Below are positions 43,938 to 53,747 of a stretch of DNA of 64,000 nt, piece after piece. Made by a program: the position numbers and the translations under genes. Under the pieces are notes generated by a model. That model saw only the letters and a program-made list of their open reading frames with translations. It had not been told where the DNA came from and ran no database searches. The stretch comes from Clostridia bacterium (GTDB taxonomy: Bacteria > Bacillota > Clostridia > TANB77 > CAG-508), in NCBI GenBank assembly GCA_046964515.1, contig JBKUYM010000009.1:21339-85338 (forward strand), in the 5' to 3' direction. The stretch's first letter is position 1; every line of letters begins with the position of its first letter.

Positions 43938-45574
43938 TGAGTACATTAAGTGATTTATTTAGTAATATAGGAACAGCTATACGTAAAGTCACAGGAGAGA
44001 GTACTAAGTTAAGACCCACACAGTTCGCTAATGTAATAAATAAAATGGCGTATATTGATAATGGGAAAGTGACAGGTAAAGTTAACAGTACAGAGGTTGC
44101 TACACCGACAGTCAGCTTTAATGTAGATAACGGGTATTTCACTGTAACACAAAATCAACCAGCAGGATTAGTCGCACAAGACATTAAAAAGGCAGGCTAT
44201 CAATTACCAACTCTTAGTGGTTCAGCTGTTACACCTTCTAACCAAGACCAAATCGCTGTAAGAAAAGGTAATTATATAGGTGGAGATATAACTGTAAAAG
44301 GTGACGCTAACTTAAAAAGTGAATATATATTACGTGGTAGAAGAATAAATGGAGAAGAAACACCTATAAGTATATTTGGTGTACAAGGTACACTAGAGAG
44401 ATTAAGAAATTTACCAAAATACCATGACGAAGAAATTTATGGTCAGTTAGCTTCTGACTGTGCTAAAAGTTATCACATAGCAAGATGTGTTCTAGGTGTA
44501 GAGTTTAAATATAGTCAATCACATGGAATATTTGGTGACGGAGTATTAACTGATTCAGAAGGTAGATGTTACATGGACTGTTCTACTTTAGGTGGCTTAG
44601 TCGCTCGTAACATACCATTTAATAAAAGTCCTTACGCTAAAGCCTATGGTAAAGCTAATGTAACACTAGCAAGTTTGGGATTAGATAAGACATGCGTTTC
44701 TAGTTTAAATACTGCTGACCCTTATTTGGATATGCAGACGCATGAGGACTTTAAATTTTCGTTTAAAACAGGTTACAAAAGTATAAGAACAGCAAGTGAA
44801 TTGGCAGAGTATTATTATCAACAAGGTAGAACGTTACACGTATATGAACCTGGAAACCCTCCGTCATCCTTACCTTCTGATGTAAGAGCTGGAGATATGC
44901 TATTTTGGGCAAAAGCTACAGCAAATGACCACCAAAAATCACGTTTCATGGGAATATCACATGTAGGAATATTTGCAAATGACCCTACAGTATATTTTCA
45001 AGTAACAGGAAGTGATGATGCAGTAGGTAACACTATATTCGCTAGTAACTTTGCAGACCATATGGATGAAGTAGTTTTAATAGTAAGACCCGATTATAGT
45101 CCAAAAAAATATGTAACGCCTAGTGGTGTAAATTTATTACCTCAATATGCTTTTGATAGCTTACAGGTAAATGTAACTAAAACAGTAAATGGGTTAACAT
45201 TTAAGCCACAAGCCAGTGGGGGATTTACAGTTCAAGTAACAGACACGTCATCACGTTTAAACCATACAACATTTTATCTATATGGTAAGGAACGTCCTAT
45301 TACATTAACCCCTGGAACATATAAATTAAGTGGTACACCAACACACCCACAAGTTAACTCAACAGGGACATCACTGTTATGGGGATTAAGTGTTAAAAAA
45401 GCTGACGGAACAAATATACCTAATACAAGTGGTGGCGACCATGTATGGGACAGAGGTGCAGGTGATACGTTTACTATAACATCCACAATACAGGTATATG
45501 TATATTTCTTCGTGTCAAAGAGTTTAACAAATACAAGTATGTATTCGGTTAAACCAAGTTTAATTAAACAATAA
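43937..45574 (+). CDS. tail fibre protein with NlpC/P60-like segment
   Basis: CYMDCSTLGGLV (candidate Cys) and GISHVGIFAND (candidate His). C-terminal beta-rich region. Confidence 0.5.
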   Translation: MSTLSDLFSNIGTAIRKVTGESTKLRPTQFANVINKMAYIDNGKVTGKVNSTEVATPTVSFNVDNGYFTVTQNQPAGLVAQDIKKAGYQLPTLSGSAVTPSNQDQIAVRKGNYIGGDITVKGDANLKSEYILRGRRINGEETPISIFGVQGTLERLRNLPKYHDEEIYGQLASDCAKSYHIARCVLGVEFKYSQSHGIFGDGVLTDSEGRCYMDCSTLGGLVARNIPFNKSPYAKAYGKANVTLASLGLDKTCVSSLNTADPYLDMQTHEDFKFSFKTGYKSIRTASELAEYYYQQGRTLHVYEPGNPPSSLPSDVRAGDMLFWAKATANDHQKSRFMGISHVGIFANDPTVYFQVTGSDDAVGNTIFASNFADHMDEVVLIVRPDYSPKKYVTPSGVNLLPQYAFDSLQVNVTKTVNGLTFKPQASGGFTVQVTDTSSRLNHTTFYLYGKERPITLTPGTYKLSGTPTHPQVNSTGTSLLWGLSVKKADGTNIPNTSGGDHVWDRGAGDTFTITSTIQVYVYFFVSKSLTNTSMYSVKPSLIKQ

Positions 45575-45588
45575 GGAGGTGATACAAA

Positions 45589-47076
45589 ATGGCAGTAGAT
45601 TCAACTGTACAATTTAAAAGAGGTAAGAAGAATGATTTACCTTATGGCTTAGAGGGTGAACCTCTATACTGTACAGATACAAATGAATTATATGTGGGTC
45701 AAGGTAAAGACCTTCCACCTAAACTGATAAATGCAAACGGTACAGGAGGAAGCGGTGGAGGTACAGATTTAGGTTACATAAATGTTTTAGATTTAGGAAT
45801 AAAACCCGAAGCAAATTTTGATAATACGTCTTTATTTAATGATGCTATAAATAAAGGAATAAAAAATTTTTATTTTCCATCAGGTACATATGAACTTAAT
45901 TTAATATTATCTACGCCTTACATATGCATTAAGGGAGATGGAATTGGTAGAACAATATTTAATCCTCATGTAGACAAAGATGTTATTAATCTACAATATG
46001 TAGACAATCCAATACATAATTGTGAGGTAAGGGATTTAGAAATAAAAAATACAGACTTTACTAATAATAATGGGTTATCAATTAATGGTAATGATAAAGG
46101 AGTAAATGCTGTCAATGATAATCATTATTTCAAAAATTTAAAAATTTCAAATTTTTTAAATGGGATTTTTATTAAGGATAGAACAATATGTAGTAAGTTT
46201 GAAAATATCGAAGTTAGTAACAACCACAATAATGGAATCAGAGTGGATTCTATAAAGGCTTCTACTTGTTTTAATAGTAATGTTTTTTATAATATTATTA
46301 TGGCACGCAATATAAATGAAGGCTTGTACATTAATACATCACGTAATGGTGCAGATTTTGACCAAATTGCTCTTGTGAATAATTTCATCAATTGTGATGT
46401 TGAAGCTAATGCTAATAGTGATGGCACTACTAGATTTTATGGTGTATATACTACAGATGTAGACAATATAAATTTTCAAGGATGTTATATTGAAAACAAC
46501 GCTCAAAAATCTGATAATGGGGTAAATTTATGTTTTGATGGAGCATTTTGTAGAGGAATTAGTATAACTGGCACATTAATATGGGGTGCAAAATATGCTT
46601 TAAAGGTAACTGATAAATGTAGGGTATTAAGTGGGGAAATTTCAGCAGGTAATAAAATTAGAGGTATCATGGATATAAATAGTCAAGTACACATATCTGA
46701 AAGTGGGTTAGTTATTGGATGTACAATAACGGAAGGTTACGATAATGTAAAAAAATTAAATAAGGATGTATTAGAAAATAGCACTACAACTTTAAATCCT
46801 TTTTCAATAGGAATTTCACATGACGATACACCTACCCCTAGTGTAAGGAGAAGTAATTATGTTACAACATTTACTTCTAATGAAATAACAAACTTTACAG
46901 ATGGAGTATTGGGGCAAATTGTGATTGTAAGACCATATGGAAATGCTATATTGACATTTAATAATGGGACTTATATTCAGTTAAAAGATGATAAGACTTG
47001 TACAATAAATCCAAATCAAACTATAACCTTCATGAAATATGAGGATAAATGGGTAGAATTATTTAGAAACGTATAA
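45589..47076 (+). CDS. tailspike/depolymerase-like right-handed beta-helix protein
   Basis: N-terminal VQFKRGKKNDLP..GEPLYCTDTNELYVGQG anchor motif. Repeated N/G/I-rich ~22-aa segments typical of pectate-lyase-fold spikes. Markedly AT-rich. Confidence 0.6.
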   Translation: MAVDSTVQFKRGKKNDLPYGLEGEPLYCTDTNELYVGQGKDLPPKLINANGTGGSGGGTDLGYINVLDLGIKPEANFDNTSLFNDAINKGIKNFYFPSGTYELNLILSTPYICIKGDGIGRTIFNPHVDKDVINLQYVDNPIHNCEVRDLEIKNTDFTNNNGLSINGNDKGVNAVNDNHYFKNLKISNFLNGIFIKDRTICSKFENIEVSNNHNNGIRVDSIKASTCFNSNVFYNIIMARNINEGLYINTSRNGADFDQIALVNNFINCDVEANANSDGTTRFYGVYTTDVDNINFQGCYIENNAQKSDNGVNLCFDGAFCRGISITGTLIWGAKYALKVTDKCRVLSGEISAGNKIRGIMDINSQVHISESGLVIGCTITEGYDNVKKLNKDVLENSTTTLNPFSIGISHDDTPTPSVRRSNYVTTFTSNEITNFTDGVLGQIVIVRPYGNAILTFNNGTYIQLKDDKTCTINPNQTITFMKYEDKWVELFRNV

Positions 47077-47164
47077 TTAATTCACAATTTGAATATTGTG
47101 AATAAAATGGCAGTGAAGGTATTTCCCTCACTGATACACTATAATAAAGGAGAGGTGATATTGT

Positions 47165-47817
47165 ATGGCAACTACAACGATTGATAAATTATCAGAACTA
47201 TTAAGTTTAACTCCAGGTTCTGACTTTATACCCGTAATGTCGGGAGGTAAGACAAAAAAGGTTTCAATACAAAGTATTATAGACAAAACACATGACACTT
47301 TTAGAGTGTTAGGTGATGACAATGTTAAATACATTTTAGAAGTTGTAAATGGTGAATTAAGAGCTGTACCCGAGGAAAAACCTAGTGAAACAGAAGACCC
47401 ATTGGCTACACTTAAAAAGAACCAAATTTTACTTAGTAAGAAAAACTTGGCAAAATATTTAGAGGAACATCCACTATTTAGTACGTGTAAATATGAAGAA
47501 GGAAGATACTATAACGTAACGGCAGAAAAACAGCAACAATTAACAAGTAAAGTTTTAATGGCAACAATGTATGCTCAAATAGGTATGCCTTATAACTTAA
47601 CTTGGAATGATACAGGGATGTATGTGAGAGTTGGAAACTGTCACAGTTACAAAGATTATCTATGGAAATAGATGCCTATGTAACGCCTTTAGTATCATTA
47701 CAGCAAACTATGGAAGTAACAATAAATGAATGTGCAACACAGGAAGAAGTTTTAGCAGTAAATGTTAAGTATACAGATGAACAGGTTAAAAAATGGTTGG
47801 AAACACACACTCTATAA
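47165..47817 (+). pseudogene. frameshifted gene (ORF 47165..47671 continues in the -1 frame to 47817)
   Basis: After ..LTWNDTG (GGG 47615-47617), the -1 frame reads DVCESWKLSQLQRLSMEIDAYVTPLVSLQQ...KKWLETHTL to TAA 47815-47817. The zero frame gives only 18 more codons. Confidence 0.5.
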
Positions 47818-48187
47818 AAACTCTGTAATATTCTTTATCTTTGGCGTTTCTTATGTATTCCTAGAAGTCTTTTACAGAGGACATAGTGCAACATCTATGT
47901 TCTTTGTAGGAGGTTTATGTGGATTGCTAATAGGATTAATCAATGAGGTTACTCCTAAAATGCCCGTTTTATTACAGATGTTATTAGGAAGTGTTATTGT
48001 TACATGCATTGAATTTGTTACAGGTTACATACTTAATATAAAACTTGGGTTACACATATGAGATTACAGTAACTTGAAATTTAATATATTAGGTCAAATT
48101 AGTTTGTTGTTTAGTGTGTTATGGTTTTTCCTTAGCTTCATTGTTATACATATGGATGACATTTTAAGGGATAATGTACTAAAATAG
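47777..48187 (+). pseudogene. multi-pass membrane protein interrupted by in-frame TGA
   Basis: ORF stops at TGA 48059-48061 (..LGLHI*). The same frame continues DYSNLKFNILGQISLLFSVLWFFLS to TAG 48185-48187. The TGA sits where W of a WDYS motif is expected. Confidence 0.55.
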
Positions 48188-48215
48188 ATAACAGGGCGTT
48201 ATGCCCTGTTATTTT
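48188..48215 (+). terminator. intrinsic terminator
   Basis: ATAACAGGGC-gttat-GCCCTGTTAT followed by TTT. Confidence 0.75.
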
Positions 48216-48262
48216 AATAATAGGAAAGATATAGTATAATAAAAATATGGAGGTGAAAGTAT

Positions 48263-49972
48263 ATGACTACAGGTAACAGAACACGAAAAGGTCAGATACA
48301 ATTTAAACATGGATTTGCTAGAGATGTGCCAAAGCGTATGTCAGTAGCAGAACCTGGATTTTCAGTAGATACCTTAGATTTATACATAGGTATGGGTTCT
48401 ACTAAACCCCCAGTAAATATCACTGGGGGATTAAAAGAACAAATAAAAGCAGTACAACAACAATTAGAAGAATTTGGGACAAGAAAATTTCAAACAGATT
48501 TAATAGATACAACAACATTAGAAAAAGTAGGGAGCATATTTATAGATACAGAAGGTATTAAATTCGTAGATAATGACGGGAACATTTTAATAAAAATTGG
48601 TTCTGATTTTGACTCCGTTTTTCAAAGTGTTACAGCAACAGATATAAATTGGGAAACATTACAATTATTACGTGTAACAAAGGAAGTACCAAGTACCTTA
48701 TATGTAACTCCAAATGCAACAGGTGACGGAACAGGACGTAATACTTCAAATAAAGCTGACAGTATAGAGGATATTGCTAGATATATTAAATCCTTTGGGT
48801 GTTACTTAGATAAAGATGTTACAGTAAAAATTGAGAATGGAGATTATTACAATTTAGACAAACCCGTATTTGAGGGGTTAATAGGTAATGGAAAGATAAC
48901 ATTAGATTTTAGTAAAGAAGTTAAAGGTCAGTATGCAATAAAAGCATGTAACAATACAGTGATATTACAAATAGAAGGGCAAAGATATAATCATTTAAGT
49001 GATGTAGGAGCAGTATTAGATAGTCCTAAAGGATGTAACGCTTTATTAGTAGCAGATAATGCGACAATAAAAGTAAAAGGTATACGTAGTAAAAAGATAA
49101 CGGATACAACATTTATAGACACGTTTGCTTTAGTAGAAAATGGAGGTGTCATATTTGTTAATAACTGTGACGTGGCACAATATGAAAACCAATATTATGG
49201 TAATAACATGTTTACAATACATGACCAAAACAATATAGGTAATTGTACAAGACGTTTAGCTGGTACAAGTGGTGTAATGTATTACGGGGGTTACAGAATA
49301 AATCCTAAGAATAGTAATGAATTAGATTCTTTATCTTTTGTGGCGTTACATAATTACACTTCACCAAACAATTCTACAGGTAAAGATAGTTTATATGTGC
49401 CATCAGCAAGTGGTGGAGGTAGTGAAGGTGGAGGTGAAACTCCTAGTCCTAATCCTAACCCACCTGTTACGCCACCCGAGGAAGTACGTAAGACAGTAAG
49501 TAAGGTATTTGATTTAACTAATCTACACACTACAGTGAGTGGAAGTGGTTTATTTACAAGTGCTAAAACTAAACAAATGGGTCAAGGTCACTGGGTTAAT
49601 TCTAATGGTAACGCGTACCAAAATCATACAGGTCACGGTACAATTCCAACAGAAGTTAAAACTTATGTATCAGATGCAATAGAAGGTACAGTTGAAATAT
49701 CACTTACATTACACAGAGTAAATTCGGGTCATGGTTATGCTGGAGCAGTACCAGTACCAAAAGTAAAACGCCCTAATGGAGCATATTACAATGAGGGCAA
49801 AGGTGTTGCACGTAACAGTAACATCACTTTAAATTTACCTAGTGATATTGTTACAGCAATATGTGACGGAAGTATGACAGAGGTACAAACTTATTCTTCT
49901 AGTCAAAATGATTATGCGTTCTTTGATGTGGCTTCAATTAAAGTAACGTGTACAAAGATAATACAAGTATAG
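48263..49972 (+). CDS. receptor-binding/tail fibre-like protein
   Basis: The N-terminus IQFKHGFARDVP..AEPGFSVDTLDLYIGMG shares the anchor motif of 45589..47076. Gly/Pro linker GGGSEGGGETPSPNPNPPVTPPEE. Confidence 0.55.
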   Translation: MTTGNRTRKGQIQFKHGFARDVPKRMSVAEPGFSVDTLDLYIGMGSTKPPVNITGGLKEQIKAVQQQLEEFGTRKFQTDLIDTTTLEKVGSIFIDTEGIKFVDNDGNILIKIGSDFDSVFQSVTATDINWETLQLLRVTKEVPSTLYVTPNATGDGTGRNTSNKADSIEDIARYIKSFGCYLDKDVTVKIENGDYYNLDKPVFEGLIGNGKITLDFSKEVKGQYAIKACNNTVILQIEGQRYNHLSDVGAVLDSPKGCNALLVADNATIKVKGIRSKKITDTTFIDTFALVENGGVIFVNNCDVAQYENQYYGNNMFTIHDQNNIGNCTRRLAGTSGVMYYGGYRINPKNSNELDSLSFVALHNYTSPNNSTGKDSLYVPSASGGGSEGGGETPSPNPNPPVTPPEEVRKTVSKVFDLTNLHTTVSGSGLFTSAKTKQMGQGHWVNSNGNAYQNHTGHGTIPTEVKTYVSDAIEGTVEISLTLHRVNSGHGYAGAVPVPKVKRPNGAYYNEGKGVARNSNITLNLPSDIVTAICDGSMTEVQTYSSSQNDYAFFDVASIKVTCTKIIQV

Positions 49973-49985
49973 GAGGTAGATATTT

Positions 49986-50864
49986 ATGAGTAAATATTTA
50001 GTAGGAATAGATGCTGGGCATAGCTTAGTAACAGACGGGAAAAGAACCCCACCAATTTTAGCAGATATAAAAGATGCTAAAGGTAATGTAATAAAGAAAA
50101 AAGGTCAAATAATACATGAATATGAGTTTAACAAAAGAGTGTCATATGCACTAGGTGATGCCCTTAAAAGATGTCACCTAGGTGTGGCATATTCGGGATT
50201 TAAAGATAACACAGATACACCTTTAGCCACTAGGGCAAAACATTTTAATAATTTAGGTGTAGATTTAGTTGTATCTAATCACTTTAACGCTAGTGGTAAC
50301 TGTTTAAAATTCCAAACTAGAGTAAAAGGTTTATTAGTATTAAAAACTAGAGGTTGTTCTTCTAAATCCGTTTCTTTAGCAAATAAGGTACATGCCGAAT
50401 TAAAAAAAGCATTACAACCCGAAAGAGATTATGGTGTAGTACAAGACACTGAAATGTGTGGATTTACTCTTGCAATACTTAGACAAACACATGCACCAGC
50501 TATTTTAGTAGAATATGGCTTTATGGATTATTGGAAAGAAGCTAAACACATGTTAGACGAGGATTTCATTGAAAAATGTGCTGAAGCAACAGCAAGAGGT
50601 GTATGTAAACAATTAGGTGTAACATATATAGCTAAAGGTGTACAACATCATACTGAATTACCTAAATATGTTAGGATAATAAAACCAGTCAACTTTAGAA
50701 GTGAACCAAGTTGGGAAGATGATGTTGTTATAAAAGAGTTAGAAGTGGGAACAGCTTTAACTGTTTTAGATAAAGTTAAAGTAGGCTCTAGTTATATGTA
50801 TAAAACACCATATGGTTACGTTACAGCAAATGAAACATGGGTAGAACCTGTGTATAAATATTAG
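49986..50864 (+). CDS. N-acetylmuramoyl-L-alanine amidase endolysin
   Basis: Amidase_3-type VGIDAGH, SNHFNA and VEYGFMD motifs. C-terminal SH3-like binding region. Confidence 0.8.
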   Translation: MSKYLVGIDAGHSLVTDGKRTPPILADIKDAKGNVIKKKGQIIHEYEFNKRVSYALGDALKRCHLGVAYSGFKDNTDTPLATRAKHFNNLGVDLVVSNHFNASGNCLKFQTRVKGLLVLKTRGCSSKSVSLANKVHAELKKALQPERDYGVVQDTEMCGFTLAILRQTHAPAILVEYGFMDYWKEAKHMLDEDFIEKCAEATARGVCKQLGVTYIAKGVQHHTELPKYVRIIKPVNFRSEPSWEDDVVIKELEVGTALTVLDKVKVGSSYMYKTPYGYVTANETWVEPVYKY

Positions 50865-50919
50865 GACTACACTCTTTGCATTGCAAAGATGTAATACATA
50901 ATTAAAGGAGGGATGCTTT

Positions 50920-51198
50920 ATGGAAGCATTAGTAAGTCAATATCTTACAGGAGAATTAGCTTTATTAGTAACTTGTTTAATGATTATAGGTAAAGTACTT
51001 AAAACGTATAAATACCTAGATAACAAATGGATTCCTTTAGTATTATTACCAATTTCTATTGTTATAGTTTTCGGTATAAAAGGAATTGATTACGTTAATT
51101 TTTTAATCGCAATTTTATGTTGGGGTGTAGCAATAGGTGTACACCAAACATATAAACAAGTTACAGGAGTAAAGAGTGATGTAACAGACAAGAAGTAG
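50920..51198 (+). CDS. holin
   Basis: 92 aa with three hydrophobic segments and a charged C-terminus. Adjacent to the endolysin. Confidence 0.7.
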   Translation: MEALVSQYLTGELALLVTCLMIIGKVLKTYKYLDNKWIPLVLLPISIVIVFGIKGIDYVNFLIAILCWGVAIGVHQTYKQVTGVKSDVTDKK

Positions 51199-51207
51199 GT
51201 GAGCGTT

Positions 51208-51507
51208 ATGGATAACGAAAAATACCTACTACAAGTGTTACAGGATATTGCTCAAATGAACTCTACTTTACAGGGAATACAAAATGACATAAAAGACATT
51301 CAGAAAATCGTTAAAAAAGTGGACGTAATAGAAGAAGATGTAAAACACATGCAGAAGGAATTAGATGGAATGGAAAATATAGCAAGTAGAGTACTTCCCT
51401 TAGAAGAAAGGGTTAAACTTTTAGAGGATAAACATAAAGCAACGAGTGGGGCGATTATAACAATTATTTCTGCTTTAGTAGTGGAATTTTTTAGTCACTT
51501 CTTTTAA
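51208..51507 (+). CDS. XhlA-like lysis-associated membrane protein
   Basis: Coiled-coil N-terminus plus a single C-terminal TM (AIITIISALVVEFFSHFF). ATG 51208 follows SD AGGTGA. Confidence 0.6.
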   Translation: MDNEKYLLQVLQDIAQMNSTLQGIQNDIKDIQKIVKKVDVIEEDVKHMQKELDGMENIASRVLPLEERVKLLEDKHKATSGAIITIISALVVEFFSHFF

Positions 51508-51513
51508 ACTTGG

Positions 51514-51541
51514 AAGACAGCTGTAATGGCTGTCTTTTCTT
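51514..51541 (+). terminator. intrinsic terminator
   Basis: AAGACAGC-tgtaatg-GCTGTCTT followed by TTCTTGTTT. Confidence 0.75.
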
Positions 51542-51552
51542 GTTTCGGTCGC

Positions 51553-51582
51553 TTGACAAGCGTTTAAGGTCACGTGTAAAAT
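51553..51582 (+). promoter_or_regulatory. sigma-A-type promoter, twin of the promoter at 5133
   Basis: TTGACA 51553-51558, 18-nt spacer, TAAAAT 51577-51582. Shares TTGACAAG, AAGGTCAC and TAAAATATTATTAACA with the 5133 promoter. Confidence 0.7.
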
Positions 51583-51658
51583 ATTATTAACACTTGAAAA
51601 GTGTTTAAATAAATATTGTTAGGTTGTTAAACCTAACGTAAAGAAAGGAGTTATAAGT

Positions 51659-53107
51659 ATGATAGTAATACAGGATAAGTGTTACATTAACGAAGCCGAT
51701 TTAACTACAAAAGAGATTGAGGAAATTAAAGACGATTTAACAGTGGAAAACCAAGCATATTATAACGCTTTACGTTATTCGGGTTACAACTCAACTCGCA
51801 TCCCTAAGAATATTTATTTATACTCCTATGATAGGAAAAATCACCAATATGTAGTCCCTAGAGGTTATGGTTATACCATGCTAGACAAATACATTGATAA
51901 ATCCCTGGAACATACTGTAAAGTTCCCACAGAGCCTAATACAGTTAAGGGATGTGCAAAAAGAAGCTGAAAAAGCGTACTTTAATGACACAACAAAAGGA
52001 TTAATTGTATTAAACACAGGTATGGGTAAATCAATATTAGGGTTACATATTTCTTTTATGTTACGCCAAAAAACTTTAATCGTGGTACATAAAGACGATT
52101 TAGTAAAGGGGTGGCAAAAAGATGCAAAAGTAGTGTTCGGTGATAATTTTAAAATGGGATTAATAAAAGCTAAAAAGTTTGAAATAGGAGAGCAAATAAC
52201 AATAGCCACTATTCAAACTTTAAATAGGTTAGACAGTGATAAGCTACGTTACGTTACAGAAGAATTTGGGTGTGTCATAGTTGATGAAGTACATAGAGCT
52301 GGGAGTAAGCAATATGATTTAATCAACGAATTTAAAGGGGCATACAGAATAGGATTAACTGCTACCCTAGAGAGGTCAGATTCTTTCGCCAAAAATATAT
52401 ACGCTATGTTTGGTGATGTAGCTTATTATCATAAAGTTAAAAAATCGGAAGACATATTACCTGTAAAAGTATTTATGCGTAACACAGGTATTCGTTACAT
52501 TCCTAAGTGTTATAAAAAAGGTACGAAGTATGTACATATTCCTAAAGAAGAATGGCATTTATATCACCCACTTTATAATGTAACGGATGTGCCACATAAA
52601 TTACTCAAAGGTATAAATTATTTTGACATAGAAAATAACATGGTAGAAAATACCCGTTACATGAAAATGGTGTTATGTGATGTAATAAGTGAAGTAAAGA
52701 AAGGTCATAAATGTGTAATGGCATTTAAACAGAAACAGCACATAGATTTATATGCAAAATATTTGGAAGCTGAAAATATAAATCATTACAAATATTATGG
52801 TGACAGCAAAGATAGCAAAGATGTAATGTTACAGGAAGCAGAAAAAGCAGATGTAACACTTGTTACATATGGAATTGCAACAGAAGGTACAAATGTTAAG
52901 TCATGGCAGTCTTTATTTTTAGTAGCTTCAATAAATGATGCAAAGAATACAGAGCAGATAGTCGGAAGAATACGTAGAACCGATAATAAGAAGAAGGAAG
53001 CCTATGTGTTTGATTATTATAGTAATGATGTTTGGGGTACACGTAGACACAAAGACACAAGACGAAGACGTTACCTTGATTTAGGCTTCACAGTTAAAGA
53101 GGTGTAA
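51659..53107 (+). CDS. superfamily 2 DEAD/DEAH-box helicase
   Basis: Motif I NTGMGKS, motif II VIVDEVH, motif III TATLER. C-terminal QIVGRIRR (motif VI). Confidence 0.8.
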   Translation: MIVIQDKCYINEADLTTKEIEEIKDDLTVENQAYYNALRYSGYNSTRIPKNIYLYSYDRKNHQYVVPRGYGYTMLDKYIDKSLEHTVKFPQSLIQLRDVQKEAEKAYFNDTTKGLIVLNTGMGKSILGLHISFMLRQKTLIVVHKDDLVKGWQKDAKVVFGDNFKMGLIKAKKFEIGEQITIATIQTLNRLDSDKLRYVTEEFGCVIVDEVHRAGSKQYDLINEFKGAYRIGLTATLERSDSFAKNIYAMFGDVAYYHKVKKSEDILPVKVFMRNTGIRYIPKCYKKGTKYVHIPKEEWHLYHPLYNVTDVPHKLLKGINYFDIENNMVENTRYMKMVLCDVISEVKKGHKCVMAFKQKQHIDLYAKYLEAENINHYKYYGDSKDSKDVMLQEAEKADVTLVTYGIATEGTNVKSWQSLFLVASINDAKNTEQIVGRIRRTDNKKKEAYVFDYYSNDVWGTRRHKDTRRRRYLDLGFTVKEV

Positions 53108-53205
53108 CAATGAGATACTTTATATTAAGAATTTTAAATAAGTTAGGATTAGTACATAGTCCTAGCAGAATGTGGAACTCTAGGGAATAGGGTTCTTTTT
53201 TCTTA

Positions 53206-53234
53206 TTGACAACTTTTTGGACGTAACTTATACT
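53206..53234 (+). promoter_or_regulatory. sigma-A-type promoter
   Basis: TTGACA 53206-53211, 17-nt spacer, TATACT 53229-53234. Confidence 0.55.
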
Positions 53235-53275
53235 TATTATTAGATACTGAAAATAAGAAAAACGGAGGTAAAGAG

Positions 53276-53740
53276 ATGAATATTAAAGAATTAGTAATGA
53301 AGTACAACGCTATTAAAGAACAATGTAAGATAATGGATGCAAAGAAAAAGGAATTAGCAAACAAGATAAAAGAGATAGCAAAAGAAAAAGGAACACAAGA
53401 TGCTAAAGGTAGTAGTTATTACACTACTGATGATAATTGGGTGTTAGGTAACATAAAAGCCACAACAATTAGATTTAACCAAGATAAGGCAAAAGCATTT
53501 TTAGAAGAACATCACAAAGATTTATTGGAACGTGTCACAGATACAGTTGAATATATAAATGAGGATAAAGTTGTAAAACTTGTTTCAGAAGGGTTACTTA
53601 CTGTAGAAGAAGTGGAACAAATGAGTAATATCTCAGTAAGTTATAAAGTGGATTTAAGACAGCAAGAAGTAGAAGAAGAACCTAAAGAAATGCCAAAGGT
53701 TACGTGTAAACCACGTGTAAAAAAATTAGTCAGAAAGTAG
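53276..53740 (+). CDS. hypothetical protein
   Basis: 154-aa ORF with SD ACGGAGG. Coiled-coil N-terminus. Confidence 0.65.
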   Translation: MNIKELVMKYNAIKEQCKIMDAKKKELANKIKEIAKEKGTQDAKGSSYYTTDDNWVLGNIKATTIRFNQDKAKAFLEEHHKDLLERVTDTVEYINEDKVVKLVSEGLLTVEEVEQMSNISVSYKVDLRQQEVEEEPKEMPKVTCKPRVKKLVRK

Positions 53741-53747
53741 GGATAAT

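Noticed and set aside
48059-48061. Genome-wide TGA-to-Trp (code 4) recoding
   Set aside because: TGA clearly terminates well-supported genes (24825..25553, 25966..26400, 35644..36402). Reading through those gives frames full of further stops. The event at 48059 is treated as local.
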